From contig CBDFLJ010000001.1 of assembly GCA_965248835.1 (NCBI GenBank), forward strand, positions 320,001-384,000: a stretch of 64,000 nucleotides of DNA, written 5' to 3'. The DNA is from Alphaproteobacteria bacterium (GTDB lineage Bacteria > Pseudomonadota > Alphaproteobacteria > MPNO01). Of the stretch, positions 1-9,415 are shown in pieces. The notes under the pieces were generated by a model. That model was not told the DNA's origin. It ran no database searches and was given only the letters and a program-made list of their open reading frames with translations. The position numbers were made by a program, and so were the translations under genes. The stretch's first letter is position 1. Every line of letters begins with the position of its first letter.

Positions 1-817
1 TCAGGCACATGATGCCGGTCCACAGCCCGCCGACCGGGGTCTCCTTGCCGAGGCCCGCGGTGAACTGGATGATCCCCGGGATCGCGAAATAGGAGTTGTA
101 GTCGCCGCCGCCATAGCCCTTGGTGGTGCCCCATTTGGCGACGTCGCTGCCGGCGAGCTTGGCGAAACCTTCATTGAGCGCGCCCCAGCCCCCGACGAGG
201 TCGAGCGCGATGATCCCGGTGATGACGATGCCGAGCCCCAGCAGCACGCATTGCAGCGTGTCGACATAGGCCACGGCGCGCAGACCGCCCGAGGCCACAT
301 AGATCAGCACCACCGCCGACAGAACCCACATCCCGACATTGACGTTGAACATGCCGTCGGTCAGCACGTTGAACAGGAAGCCCGAGGCGCCGAGCTGGAC
401 GCCGAGATAGGGGATCGAAAACAGCAGCGCTACGAGCACGGTCAGGATGCGGATCGCGTCGCCGCGGAAATAGTCGGCGAACATTTCGCCGGGCGTGACA
501 TAGCCGAAGCGCTTGCCGAGCATCCATTGCCGCTTGAGGAAGATCACGCCGGTGAACGGGATGGTGATCGTGTAGAAGGATGCGTAGGCGTATTGGAAAC
601 CATCGCGGTAGACGAGGCCGGGATGGCCCATGAACGTCCATCCCGAGAACGATGTCGCCGTCGCCGCCAGCACGAACACCCACATCGAGAGCTGCCGCCC
701 GGCGATGAAGTAATCGCCCGCCGTGCGCGCCATTCTGGCGCATTTGATGCCCCAAAAGATGCAGTACGCCCAGTACAGGAGGACAAAGACAAATAGCCAA
801 ACAACCTTCGCACTCAT
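1..817 (-). CDS. Sodium:solute symporter (SSS) family protein, 3' end outside window
   Basis: Not in the ORF track because it runs off the edge. Read manually from ATG at 817 behind GGAGGA: MSAKVVWLFVFVLLYWAYCIFWG...DYFIAGRQL...ATSFSGWTFMGHPG...SGGLRAVAYVDTLQ, typical SSS motifs. Confidence 0.9.
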   Translation of the reverse strand, partial: MSAKVVWLFVFVLLYWAYCIFWGIKCARMARTAGDYFIAGRQLSMWVFVLAATATSFSGWTFMGHPGLVYRDGFQYAYASFYTITIPFTGVIFLKRQWMLGKRFGYVTPGEMFADYFRGDAIRILTVLVALLFSIPYLGVQLGASGFLFNVLTDGMFNVNVGMWVLSAVVLIYVASGGLRAVAYVDTLQCVLLGLGIVITGIIALDLVGGWGALNEGFAKLAGSDVAKWGTTKGYGGGDYNSYFAIPGIIQFTAGLGKETPVGGLWTGIMCL

Positions 818-1034
818 AAGGAAATTCCTCCCATTCGTGCCGTCACCGCACGACCATAGCCAAAACCCGGCTAGCGTAGCAGACACGGACTATAGTCCCG
901 GTGATCGAATCAGGCAATGGATGGGTCGTACCCGCCCACCGGGGTGCCATTGCGCGCCGGTGGACGGGGAATATACTCCCGACCCTAACCCACCCGGGCG
1001 GCCGGAACGGGCGCCCTCGCTGAGGGAGGCCGAG

Positions 1035-3377
1035 GTGAGTGAGCGCGGCGTCGGCGCGAGCATCCCCCGCAAGGAAGATGACCGCTTTCTCATGGGGACC
1101 GGCCAGTTCGTCCCCGACGTTCAGATCCCGGGCATGTGGCATGCCGCCTTCCGGCGCAGCCAGATCGCCCACGGACGGCTGATCTCGGTACGCGCGCCCA
1201 AGGGCGCGCAAGGCCAGGTGTTCACCGCGGCCGAGATGAGCGACGTCAAGCCGATCCGCTCGACCGCCTCTTTCCCCGGCTTCAAGGGCTCCGATTTCCC
1301 GGTGCTGTCCAAGGACAAGGTCCGCTATGTCGGCGAGCAGATCGCCATCGCGGTGGCACCGACCCGCGCCGAGGCGGAGGACATCGCCGATGCGATCGAG
1401 GTCGAGTGCGAGGAACTGCCGGCCGTCGTTGACATCAACGGCTGCCGCGCGCCGTCCAGCCCGATCGTCCATGACGGCTGGGCCGACAACGTCGTCTGCG
1501 AGACCGGTTTCGAGAACGGCGATCTCGAGGCCGCCAGGAACACCGCGGTCCATACCATCACGCGCCGCTACAAGATGGCCCGCCAGACGCCGTTCACGAT
1601 GGAGGGGCGCGGCGCGCTCGCCCATTACGACGGCCGGCTCGACGAGCTGGTGGTCTGGATGTCCCACCAGCTCCCCCATCCGATGCAGCGCGGCATCGCC
1701 GCCTTCCTCGGACTCGAGGTCAACAAGGTCCGGGTGATCTGCCCCGATGTCGGCGGCGGGTTCGGCCTGAAGACCCATCTCGACGGCGAGACGGTCGCCG
1801 TCGCCTGGACCTCGCTCAAGCTCAACCGGCCGATCAAGTGGGTGCAGGACCGGTTCGAGCACCTGGTTACCGACGCCGATTGCCGCGATCACCAGTACAC
1901 CATCACCGCCTACGCCGATGAAGACGGCAAGATCCTGGGGATCGACTGCGAATGCGTGGTCGATGCCGGCGCCTATTCGCCCTGGCCGTGGCCGGTGGGC
2001 GTGGAGGCCGCGACCGGCGTGGGCAACCTCGCCGGCCCCTATGACGTCGCGGCTCTGCGCGGGCGCTCGGTGACGGTGTGCACCAACAAGCCGCCGAGCC
2101 AGCCGTTCCGCGGCGTCGCACGGCCCGGCGCCTGCTTCACCGACGAGCTGACGCTGGACTCGCTCGCCCGCGCGGTCGGCCGCGAGCCCTGGGAGGTCCG
2201 GCTCGACAATCTCGTCAGGCCCGAGCAGATGCCCTACGACAACATCACCCGCAAGCATCTGGACAGCGGCGACTACCCGGAAGCGCTCAGGCGCTGCATC
2301 GCGGCGATCGATCCGGACGCGGTGCGCGAGCGCCAGAAGACGCCCGAGCCGGACGGACGGCTGATCGGCGTCGGGTTCGCCACCTTCTACGAGCAGACCG
2401 CCTACGGCACCGGGCCGTTCGGCTATTCGGCATGGGGCATCGAGCTGGTGCCGGGCATGGAGATGGCGACGGTCAAGCTGACGCCGGACGGCGGGCTGTG
2501 GGCCTCGGTCGGCATCCAGTGCCACGGCCAGGGGTTGGAGACGACGCTCGCCCAGGTCGCTTCCAGCGAGCTCGGCATCGACCCCGACAAGATCGCCATC
2601 CGCCACGGCGATACCGCGACGGCCTATGCCGGGACCGGGACCTACGCCTCGCGCAGCATCGTGGTGGCCGGCGGCGCCGTCGCCCAGGGCTGCCGCGAGC
2701 TCGCCCCGCGGCTGGCGCGGATCGGTGCGCACCTGCTGCAGACCACAACCGACCAGGTCAGGCTCGAAAACGCCCAGGTCGTCGGCCCCAGCGGCGCGGT
2801 GAGCATCGCCGAGATCGCCGAGGCGTTCTATCACCACCCCGAGAACCTGCCCGAGGGTACCGACCGCAACGGGCTGACGGTGACCACCGGTTACAACGAC
2901 AAGGTCCATGGCGGGGTGTTCGGCTTCGGCGCTCACGGCGCGGTGGTCGCGCTCGACCCCGATACCGGACGGATAGAGATCCTCGATTACGCGATCGTCG
3001 ATGACTGCGGCACCCGGGTGAATCCGATGGTGGTCAAGGGGCAGGTGATCGGCGGCTACGCGCAAGGCATCGGCAACGCGCTCTACGAGGAATCCGATTA
3101 CGACGAGAACGGTCAGCCGCTGTCGGTGACGCTTGCCGACTACCATGTCCCGGCGGCGCCGATGGTGCCCGACCCCAAATACGACTACATGGAATCGCCC
3201 TCGCCCTACACCACGATGGGCATAAAGGGCGTCGGCGAGTCCGGCGCGATCGGCCCGGTCGGCGCGATCGGCAACGCGGTCAACGACGCGCTCAAGGGCT
3301 TCGGCGTGGAGATCAGCGAGACCCCGATCACCCCGCGCCGGCTGTTCGCCGCGCTCGAACGGGCAGGTGCGCGATGA
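1035..3377 (+). CDS. Xanthine dehydrogenase family Mo-hydroxylase, molybdopterin-binding large subunit (CoxL/CutL-like)
   Basis: GTG at 1035 after GGGAGG; motifs VGGGFGLK, PFRGVAR, HGQGLETT, GTYASRS, KGVGESG. Confidence 0.92.
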   Translation: MSERGVGASIPRKEDDRFLMGTGQFVPDVQIPGMWHAAFRRSQIAHGRLISVRAPKGAQGQVFTAAEMSDVKPIRSTASFPGFKGSDFPVLSKDKVRYVGEQIAIAVAPTRAEAEDIADAIEVECEELPAVVDINGCRAPSSPIVHDGWADNVVCETGFENGDLEAARNTAVHTITRRYKMARQTPFTMEGRGALAHYDGRLDELVVWMSHQLPHPMQRGIAAFLGLEVNKVRVICPDVGGGFGLKTHLDGETVAVAWTSLKLNRPIKWVQDRFEHLVTDADCRDHQYTITAYADEDGKILGIDCECVVDAGAYSPWPWPVGVEAATGVGNLAGPYDVAALRGRSVTVCTNKPPSQPFRGVARPGACFTDELTLDSLARAVGREPWEVRLDNLVRPEQMPYDNITRKHLDSGDYPEALRRCIAAIDPDAVRERQKTPEPDGRLIGVGFATFYEQTAYGTGPFGYSAWGIELVPGMEMATVKLTPDGGLWASVGIQCHGQGLETTLAQVASSELGIDPDKIAIRHGDTATAYAGTGTYASRSIVVAGGAVAQGCRELAPRLARIGAHLLQTTTDQVRLENAQVVGPSGAVSIAEIAEAFYHHPENLPEGTDRNGLTVTTGYNDKVHGGVFGFGAHGAVVALDPDTGRIEILDYAIVDDCGTRVNPMVVKGQVIGGYAQGIGNALYEESDYDENGQPLSVTLADYHVPAAPMVPDPKYDYMESPSPYTTMGIKGVGESGAIGPVGAIGNAVNDALKGFGVEISETPITPRRLFAALERAGAR

Positions 3378-4222
3378 AGCCTGCGCCGTTCGACTTCGCC
3401 CGCGCTGCCAGCCTCGATGAGGCCGTCTCGCTGCTGGCTTCGGCCGCGGGCGAGGCCCGGCCGCTGGCCGGCGGCCAGTCGCTCGGACCGATGCTCAACC
3501 TGCGCGTGGCCCGACCCGCGCTCCTGGTCGACATCTCCAGGATCGAAGCGCTCAAGGCGGTCTCCGAGGACGCTGACGGCATCACCATCGGCGCGTCGGT
3601 GACCCATGCGGCGATCGAAGACGGCGAGATTGCGGAGCTTACCAACGGTCTGATGCGCCACGCCGCCGCCGGCATCGCCTACCGCGCGGTGCGCAACCGC
3701 GGCACCATCGGCGGCAGCCTGGCCCATGCCGACCCGGCCGCCGACTGGGCGCCGGTGATGATCGCGCTCGATGCGGCGATCCAGGTGCGCGGACCGTCGG
3801 GCAGCCGCCAGATCCCGGCCGCCGCGTTCATCACCGATATCCTGTCGACCGTGCTCGAGCCCGGCGAGATCCTCGAGTCGGTCCGGGTGCCGCGGCTGTC
3901 GGGCGATGCGACCTGGGGGCACTACAAGGTTTGCGTGAAGCCCGGCGATTTCGCCGACTCGCTCGGCGTCGTCGTCCGCGACCCCGCGCGCGGGGTATGC
4001 CGGGCGGTGATCGCCGGGCCGACCCGCGCGCCGGCGCGGCTGGAATCCGTTGCCGGCCTGATCGAGAGCGCGCCGGGCTGGTCCGAAGACCTCGCCGAGC
4101 GGATCAGGGAAGCGGCTTCCGCCGACATCGCGGCCCTGTCCTTTTGCGACCCGGACGACCGCTACGCGGTGAACCTGCACCGCACCGCGATCGCGCGCGC
4201 GGCCCGGGAGGCGCTGTCATGA
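3374..4222 (+). CDS. Mo-hydroxylase FAD-binding subunit (CoxM-like)
   Basis: MKPAPFDF, AGGQSL, RNRGTIGGSLAHADPAAD; ATGA overlap with the large subunit. Confidence 0.92.
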   Translation: MKPAPFDFARAASLDEAVSLLASAAGEARPLAGGQSLGPMLNLRVARPALLVDISRIEALKAVSEDADGITIGASVTHAAIEDGEIAELTNGLMRHAAAGIAYRAVRNRGTIGGSLAHADPAADWAPVMIALDAAIQVRGPSGSRQIPAAAFITDILSTVLEPGEILESVRVPRLSGDATWGHYKVCVKPGDFADSLGVVVRDPARGVCRAVIAGPTRAPARLESVAGLIESAPGWSEDLAERIREAASADIAALSFCDPDDRYAVNLHRTAIARAAREALS

Positions 4223-4686
4223 CGGCGACCACCATGACCCTCAACGGGACGCGCGTATCCGCCGATGTCGAACCACGCCTGTCCCTGGCCGATTTCATCC
4301 GCGATCACCAGGGCCTCACCGGCACCCACACCGCCTGCGAGCACGGAGTGTGCGGGGCGTGCACGATCATGCTCGACGGCCGGCCGGCGCGGTCCTGCAT
4401 CACGCTTGCGGTGGCCGCCGACGGCGCGGAGGTGCGCACCGTGGAGGGCTGGCAGGGCGACCCGGTCATGGCGGTGTTGCGCGAGTCCTTCAAGAAGGCG
4501 CATGCGGTACAGTGCGGCTACTGCACGCCGGGCATGCTGGCGACGGCCTACGACATCCTCACCCGTCTGCCCGATGCCGACCGCGACCGTATCCGGCTCG
4601 AACTCAGCGGCAATCTGTGCCGCTGCACCGGCTATGTCGGCATCGTCGATGCGATCGAGATGGCGCTGAAGGAGGTCCACGGCTGA
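4219..4686 (+). CDS. Mo-hydroxylase 2x[2Fe-2S] small subunit (CoxS-like)
   Basis: CEHGVCGAC, QCGYCTPG, GNLCRCTGY; ATGA overlap. Confidence 0.93.
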   Translation: MTATTMTLNGTRVSADVEPRLSLADFIRDHQGLTGTHTACEHGVCGACTIMLDGRPARSCITLAVAADGAEVRTVEGWQGDPVMAVLRESFKKAHAVQCGYCTPGMLATAYDILTRLPDADRDRIRLELSGNLCRCTGYVGIVDAIEMALKEVHG

Positions 4687-5003
4687 AGTCCGCTTCCGGT
4701 CTGACACCGCCCTATGCGATCGAGGTTGTCAATTACCGGCTGGTCGAAGGCACGGATCCGAAGGCGTTCCTGGCGATCAACCATACGGTCGGCAGGGAAT
4801 TCACCAGCGCCCAGCCAGGCTTCCTGCACCGTGAAATCGGCTGCAGCGAGGACGGCACCTGGCTGGTCGCGGTCTACTGGCAAAGCGCCGAGCACGCGCG
4901 GCGCTCGATCGGCAACATCGAGACCATTCCCGAGACGGTGAAGACCTATATGGGATCGATCGACCGCGCGACCCTGACCCGGACACTCTTCGACATCGAG
5001 TGA
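4683..5003 (+). CDS. Antibiotic biosynthesis monooxygenase-like (dimeric alpha-beta barrel) protein, probable CTG start
   Basis: AIEVVNYRL...SAQPGFLHREIG...WLVAVYWQSAEHA fits the ABM QPGF...W.S pattern; AGGAGG lies 7 nt before CTG at 4683. Confidence 0.7.
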   Translation: MKSASGLTPPYAIEVVNYRLVEGTDPKAFLAINHTVGREFTSAQPGFLHREIGCSEDGTWLVAVYWQSAEHARRSIGNIETIPETVKTYMGSIDRATLTRTLFDIE

Positions 5004-5020
5004 GAGGCCGGCCCGGTCGA

Positions 5021-5665
5021 TCACCCTTCGGGCAAGCGCGCGGGCGCGGCACCGGCGAAGGCCTCGATCTCCAGGCAGCGCGCGAAGATCGCCGCCGCGA
5101 TCGGGTAAGGATCGAGCGGGACATCGAAGCGCTTGGCGCCGAATATCTGGGGCACCAAACAGAGATCGGCGAAGGTCGGGGATTCGCCGTGACAGAAACC
5201 GCCGGTCTGCGGCGATGCGGCGAGGTTCGCTTCGAACGCGGCCAATCCCGCCCCGACCCAGTCGTGGATCCACGCCCGCAGCACCGCCTCGTCCAGACCC
5301 AGCGTCTTGGTGATGTAGTTCCGGGTCCGCGGCACGGCTGCCCTGTGCGTGTCGGCGACGATGATCTGGCAAAGCCCGCGGACCCGCGCGCGCTCGCGCG
5401 CGCCCGCCGGCAGCAGCGGCGGCTCCGGGTGGGTCTCCTCGATGTATTCGAGGATCGCCATCGACTGGAACAGGGCCGGTCCACCGTCGTCCAGCACGAC
5501 CGCCGGGACCACCTGCTGCGGGTTGACCGCCCGGTAGACGGGGTCGAACTGATCGCCCCGGACGAGGTCCAGGAAAATCTCCTCGAACGGCACGCCTTTC
5601 AGGTTGAGTGCGATCCGGGTCCGCATCGTCGCCTGCGAAAGCTGATAACCGTAGATCTTGAGCAT
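5021..5665 (-). CDS. maiA: Maleylacetoacetate/maleylpyruvate isomerase (GST zeta class)
   Basis: RIALNLKG, NPQQVVP, QSMAILEYIEETHPEPPLLP, ADLCLVPQIFGAKRF. Confidence 0.85.
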   Translation of the reverse strand: MLKIYGYQLSQATMRTRIALNLKGVPFEEIFLDLVRGDQFDPVYRAVNPQQVVPAVVLDDGGPALFQSMAILEYIEETHPEPPLLPAGARERARVRGLCQIIVADTHRAAVPRTRNYITKTLGLDEAVLRAWIHDWVGAGLAAFEANLAASPQTGGFCHGESPTFADLCLVPQIFGAKRFDVPLDPYPIAAAIFARCLEIEAFAGAAPARLPEG

Positions 5666-5705
5666 GGGCGCCTCCAGACAATCCGGGACAGAGTCGGTTA
5701 TCGGG

Positions 5706-6539
5706 TCAAGCCTTGACGGCCGTAGCACGGGCCTCCAGGTGGGCCATGGCGATAATGCCGGCCAGGATCACCGCGCCGCCGACCCAGGTCCACAGATCGG
5801 GGAATTCGGCGAACAGCACCAGGCCCAGGACGGCGGAAAAGATCAGCCGCGAGAACTCGAAGGGCAGGACAACGGTGGCATCGGCCGCCGCGTAGGCCCT
5901 GGCGAGCGCCCGCTGGGTCAGCGTCCCCATGAAGCCGATGGCGATCATGATTGCCAGCGCGGTAAGCCCCGGCGTGGTCCAGACGAACAGCGCCGGGACC
6001 AGGGTCAGCGGCGTGAACACCATCACCTGCCACATCGCCATGCAGTCCGGCGGCTCGGTTCGGGACAGCGACTTCATGACGATCGCGACCGCCGCCATCA
6101 CGAAGACCGCGATCAGGGCGAGCAGGACCCCGGTCGAGATCGCGACCATGCCGGGTCGGATGATGATCAGCGCGCCGATGAACCCGATCACGGTCGCGGA
6201 CCAGCGCCTTCCGTAGGCAGCCTCGTGCAGGACCAGCACGGCCGCGGCGGAGGCGAAGATCGGCCGCGTCGTGATGATCGCCGCCACATCGCCCATGGGC
6301 GCTATCGCGATCGCGGAAAAGATCAGATAGGCCGCGGTCAGCCCGAGCAGCCCGCGGATCACGTGCATGCCGGTGCGCCGGGTCCTGAGCCCCCTGAGCC
6401 CGGTGCGGAACAGCCAGGGCAGCAGGAACGCCATGCCGAACAGGCTGCGGAAGAAGACGATCTCGAAGGCGTGGATCTCGGCCGAAATGAACCGGATCAT
6501 GGCGACCATCACCGCCCAGGCCGCCGTTGCGCCCATCAT
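5706..6539 (-). CDS. DMT/EamA family transporter
   Basis: About 10 hydrophobic segments; EIVFFRS, GFIGALIIIRPG, PFEFSRLIFS, FAEFPDLWTWVG. The true start may lie slightly upstream. Confidence 0.88.
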   Translation of the reverse strand: MMGATAAWAVMVAMIRFISAEIHAFEIVFFRSLFGMAFLLPWLFRTGLRGLRTRRTGMHVIRGLLGLTAAYLIFSAIAIAPMGDVAAIITTRPIFASAAAVLVLHEAAYGRRWSATVIGFIGALIIIRPGMVAISTGVLLALIAVFVMAAVAIVMKSLSRTEPPDCMAMWQVMVFTPLTLVPALFVWTTPGLTALAIMIAIGFMGTLTQRALARAYAAADATVVLPFEFSRLIFSAVLGLVLFAEFPDLWTWVGGAVILAGIIAMAHLEARATAVKA

Positions 6540-6614
6540 CCACAGCGCACCCTTGACCGGGGCCGGGATAGCGGCGGCGAGCGCCCTGATGTCTCTTCGC
6601 GCGGCGATCTCGGG

Positions 6615-7229
6615 CTATCGCGTCAGGCTGGGGTCGTGGAGCGTGGTGTCCTGTCCGGGCGGCGGATCGACGATCGCGTCCTCGATCGACTGGGCCTCGC
6701 GCCACTCCTCGGGCGGGCGGACCTGCCCTGGGCTGCCGATCTGATCGAGTCCCCAGTAGATCTCCAGACGATGGTTGTCGGGGTCGCGGAACTCGACGGC
6801 GACCTGGCAGCCGGCGCGGCGGCGGCCGTGGAAGTCGATGGGCACGCCGTGCTTTTCGAGATGCGCGCGGGCGCGCAGCACCTCATCCAGGCTCGCGACC
6901 TCGAAGGCCATGTGGTCGAGCTCGGAATTGTCCGCATCCTCGGTCCTTCCGCCGATCAGCGCGACCCCGTGATGGTCGGCGTTGCAGCGCAGGAACACCA
7001 TTCGGCCGGGCATCATGGTCTCGGGGTAGGCGTCGGAGACCCGGAAGCCCAGCACCTCGGTGTAAAAGGCGGTCGACCGCTCGACGTCGCGCACCTTGAG
7101 GACCACGTGGCCGATCTTTCTGATAGCGAACGGCAGGCCCGTCGGCGGCGCGCGCCCGGCCAGCGCCTTGATGTCGGCTTGTTCCAGCCCTTCGGCGTCG
7201 ACCACGCCGCGACCGCGCTCCAATGCCAT
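6615..7229 (-). CDS. VOC/glyoxalase (extradiol dioxygenase-like) family protein
   Basis: IGHVVLKVRD..RS..FYTEVLGF, DHHGVAL, LDHMAFEV, DPDNHRLE. Confidence 0.88.
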   Translation of the reverse strand: MALERGRGVVDAEGLEQADIKALAGRAPPTGLPFAIRKIGHVVLKVRDVERSTAFYTEVLGFRVSDAYPETMMPGRMVFLRCNADHHGVALIGGRTEDADNSELDHMAFEVASLDEVLRARAHLEKHGVPIDFHGRRRAGCQVAVEFRDPDNHRLEIYWGLDQIGSPGQVRPPEEWREAQSIEDAIVDPPPGQDTTLHDPSLTR

Positions 7230-7297
7230 CGTTCCGTCCCCTCCAGCCGTTGGATTCCCATCCCGCATTTGAACCACAACTCGCCTTCCGAGAACAG

Positions 7298-7972
7298 TCA
7301 GTGCGAGCCCGCCGCAGCCGCGAGGATCAGGCTCAGCGCCGACAGCTTCCGGCCGGTCTCGCCTGACCAGGCGTTGAAGATCTCCTGGACCCGGCCACGG
7401 TCGCGCTTGTTCCTGGGCGTGCCGTCGATGACGGTGAAGCGGTTGAGCGCGCGCACGACGTCGGGGGTGAGGATGAAGGTATCCTTGCCGGCCATCCGGA
7501 GAAAGACCGGCGCGGAGTTGCCGCCCATCTGCGAGAACCGCTTGGCGATGTCCTCCCACAGCCCGACCACGTCGTCCGCCGGCCAGTCCGCGAGGTAGCG
7601 GCCGAAGCCGCCCTTTTCGTCGGCCAGCAGGCACATCGAAGCGGCGTTCTCGCGCGTCGCTTTGATCTTGCCCCAGTGGCGGATCAGCCGCGCATCGCCC
7701 ATCAGCGATTCGAGGTCCTCATCGCTCATCGCCCGGACGGCGCCCGGCGCGAAGCCCGCGAAGACCTGCTCGAAAGCGGGCCATTTGGCATCGACCACGC
7801 TGTGCTTGATGCCGGCCCGGAAGACCCGCAGGGACATCAGGGACAGGTAGCGGTCGTCGGCAACCGCGGCAAGCTCGGCCGGGCTGGCCGGGCGCGGCAG
7901 GCGCGCGGCCAGATTTTCGGGCCCGCCGGCATTGGCCTCGGCCGCGGCGAGGATCTCCGCGAACGGGCTCAT
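7298..7972 (-). CDS. DNA-3-methyladenine glycosylase I (Tag)-like protein
   Basis: DDRYLS, VFRAG...VVDAKWPAFEQVFAGF, LIRHWGKIKATRENA. Confidence 0.8.
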   Translation of the reverse strand: MSPFAEILAAAEANAGGPENLAARLPRPASPAELAAVADDRYLSLMSLRVFRAGIKHSVVDAKWPAFEQVFAGFAPGAVRAMSDEDLESLMGDARLIRHWGKIKATRENAASMCLLADEKGGFGRYLADWPADDVVGLWEDIAKRFSQMGGNSAPVFLRMAGKDTFILTPDVVRALNRFTVIDGTPRNKRDRGRVQEIFNAWSGETGRKLSALSLILAAAAGSH

Positions 7973-8826
7973 GCCGACCCCAGCCGGTCGGCAACCGCGA
8001 CCACGCGGTGCATGGTCCGCAGCACCGGGCGCTCGATCAGCTCGCCGTCGACCACCAGAAGACCGGTGGTGTTGGTCTTGAACGCGTCGATGATCCGTCG
8101 CGCGCGCGCGACCAGCTCCGGCGAGGGCGAGAAGACGCGGTTGATGATCGGGATCTGGTTGGGGTGGATGGCGGCCTTGCCGGTGAAGCCGAGCGCCGCG
8201 GCCGCGCTGGCTTCGGCCTCCAGCCCGTCCGGATCGTCGAGCGTCAGGTAGGGAACATCGAGCAGGTCCAGCCCCGCCCGCGCCGCGGCGTGGACGACGG
8301 CCGAACGGGCGTAGAGCAGGCTCTCCCAGGTCTTCGCCGCGCGCAGATCCGCCGACATGTCGACCGCCCCGAACAGCAGCGAATCGATGCGCGGCGAGGC
8401 CGAGGCGATCGCATGCACGTTGGCGAGCCCATCGGTCGATTCGATGATCACGTGGTAGCGGATGTGTGCGCAGGAATCGGACAGCAGCGCGTCATAGAGC
8501 CTGATCTCGTCGGCCGATCCCACCTTGGCCAGCATCAGGGCCGGCGGCGGCGCCGGGCAGTCGCGCAGCGCCAGGATGTCTTTCAACCCTTCCGCGGTCG
8601 ACAGCGGGTTGATGCGCACCATCGACTCGATGTCGTCCGGCGCCGCTTCGGCGAAAAGCGGCAGGCTGAGGGTGCGGGCCTCGTCCTTGCGGGCAACGGC
8701 CACGGCGTCCTCGAGGTCGACGCAGACGATGTCGCTGCCGGCCTGGAGCGCCTTGGCGTAACGGTCGGGCCGCAAGCCCGGCACGAACAGCAGGCTGCGG
8801 CGCGGGCGCAGAGCGGTCTCCGCCAA
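7969..8826 (-). CDS. HpcH/HpaI aldolase / citrate lyase beta (CitE-like CoA-ester lyase)
   Basis: RRSLLFVPG, DLEDAV, VRIN, GFTGKAAIHPNQI; TTG start after GGAGGGAG. Confidence 0.88.
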   Translation of the reverse strand: MAETALRPRRSLLFVPGLRPDRYAKALQAGSDIVCVDLEDAVAVARKDEARTLSLPLFAEAAPDDIESMVRINPLSTAEGLKDILALRDCPAPPPALMLAKVGSADEIRLYDALLSDSCAHIRYHVIIESTDGLANVHAIASASPRIDSLLFGAVDMSADLRAAKTWESLLYARSAVVHAAARAGLDLLDVPYLTLDDPDGLEAEASAAAALGFTGKAAIHPNQIPIINRVFSPSPELVARARRIIDAFKTNTTGLLVVDGELIERPVLRTMHRVVAVADRLGSA

Positions 8827-8932
8827 GACGGTCTCCCTCCTGAATTCGGTCGCAAGATCGCACCGGCCCGGGCAGGTGGCAAGCCAGGCGGCGGGATGCG
8901 ATGATCGGGTGGATACAGACAGGGAGGCCGCG

Positions 8933-9415
8933 ATGTTCACCGTCGATCGAACCGTGCCGGTCAACGCCGATCTGGGCCCGGGCGTGCCGGCCCTGGGACG
9001 CAGCCGGGTCTGGGCCGGGCTGGTGCTCAAGGCCGAGGACGCGGTGCCGTTCGTCCCGGCGATGAGCTATTGCCGGGTGACCGGGCGGTTCGAGAACGGG
9101 TTGTTCCGGGACATCGTTTTCCAGGGCGAGGCGATGACCGAGAAGATCATCTACTACCCCGAAGAGCGCATCGAGTTCATCCGCACCTCGGGCATCGAGA
9201 TGGGCACGATCGTCAACGAGATCCTGGAGGACGAGGACGGCGCGCTCCATCTGCGCTTCGCCTTCACCCTGGAGCGCGAGGGGCTTGCGCCGGGCAGCGA
9301 AGAGGAGACCGCGTTCGCCGAAGGCATGGCGCGCGGCTATTTGATCGCCGTGCAGGCGACGGTCGACGAGATCCGACGCCGCGTGGTCGCCGGCGCGCTC
9401 GCCGCCGCCGGCTAG
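8933..9415 (+). CDS. SRPBCC/START-fold protein (AtaL/DUF1857-like)
   Basis: VWAGLVLKAEDAVPFVPAM..C, GTIVNEI, LHLRFAF; RBS GGGAGG. Confidence 0.7.
   Translation: MFTVDRTVPVNADLGPGVPALGRSRVWAGLVLKAEDAVPFVPAMSYCRVTGRFENGLFRDIVFQGEAMTEKIIYYPEERIEFIRTSGIEMGTIVNEILEDEDGALHLRFAFTLEREGLAPGSEEETAFAEGMARGYLIAVQATVDEIRRRVVAGALAAAG

Noticed and set aside
1035-3377. Aerobic CO dehydrogenase call
   Set aside because: Active-site loop is PFRGVAR, not AYxCSFR; order is L-M-S and no cox accessory genes are present.
6539-6617. VOC and DMT genes share a frame separated by one TAG (read-through fusion?)
   Set aside because: A shared frame has a one-in-three chance, no recoding signal is visible, and both proteins are complete alone; only the DMT start remains uncertain.
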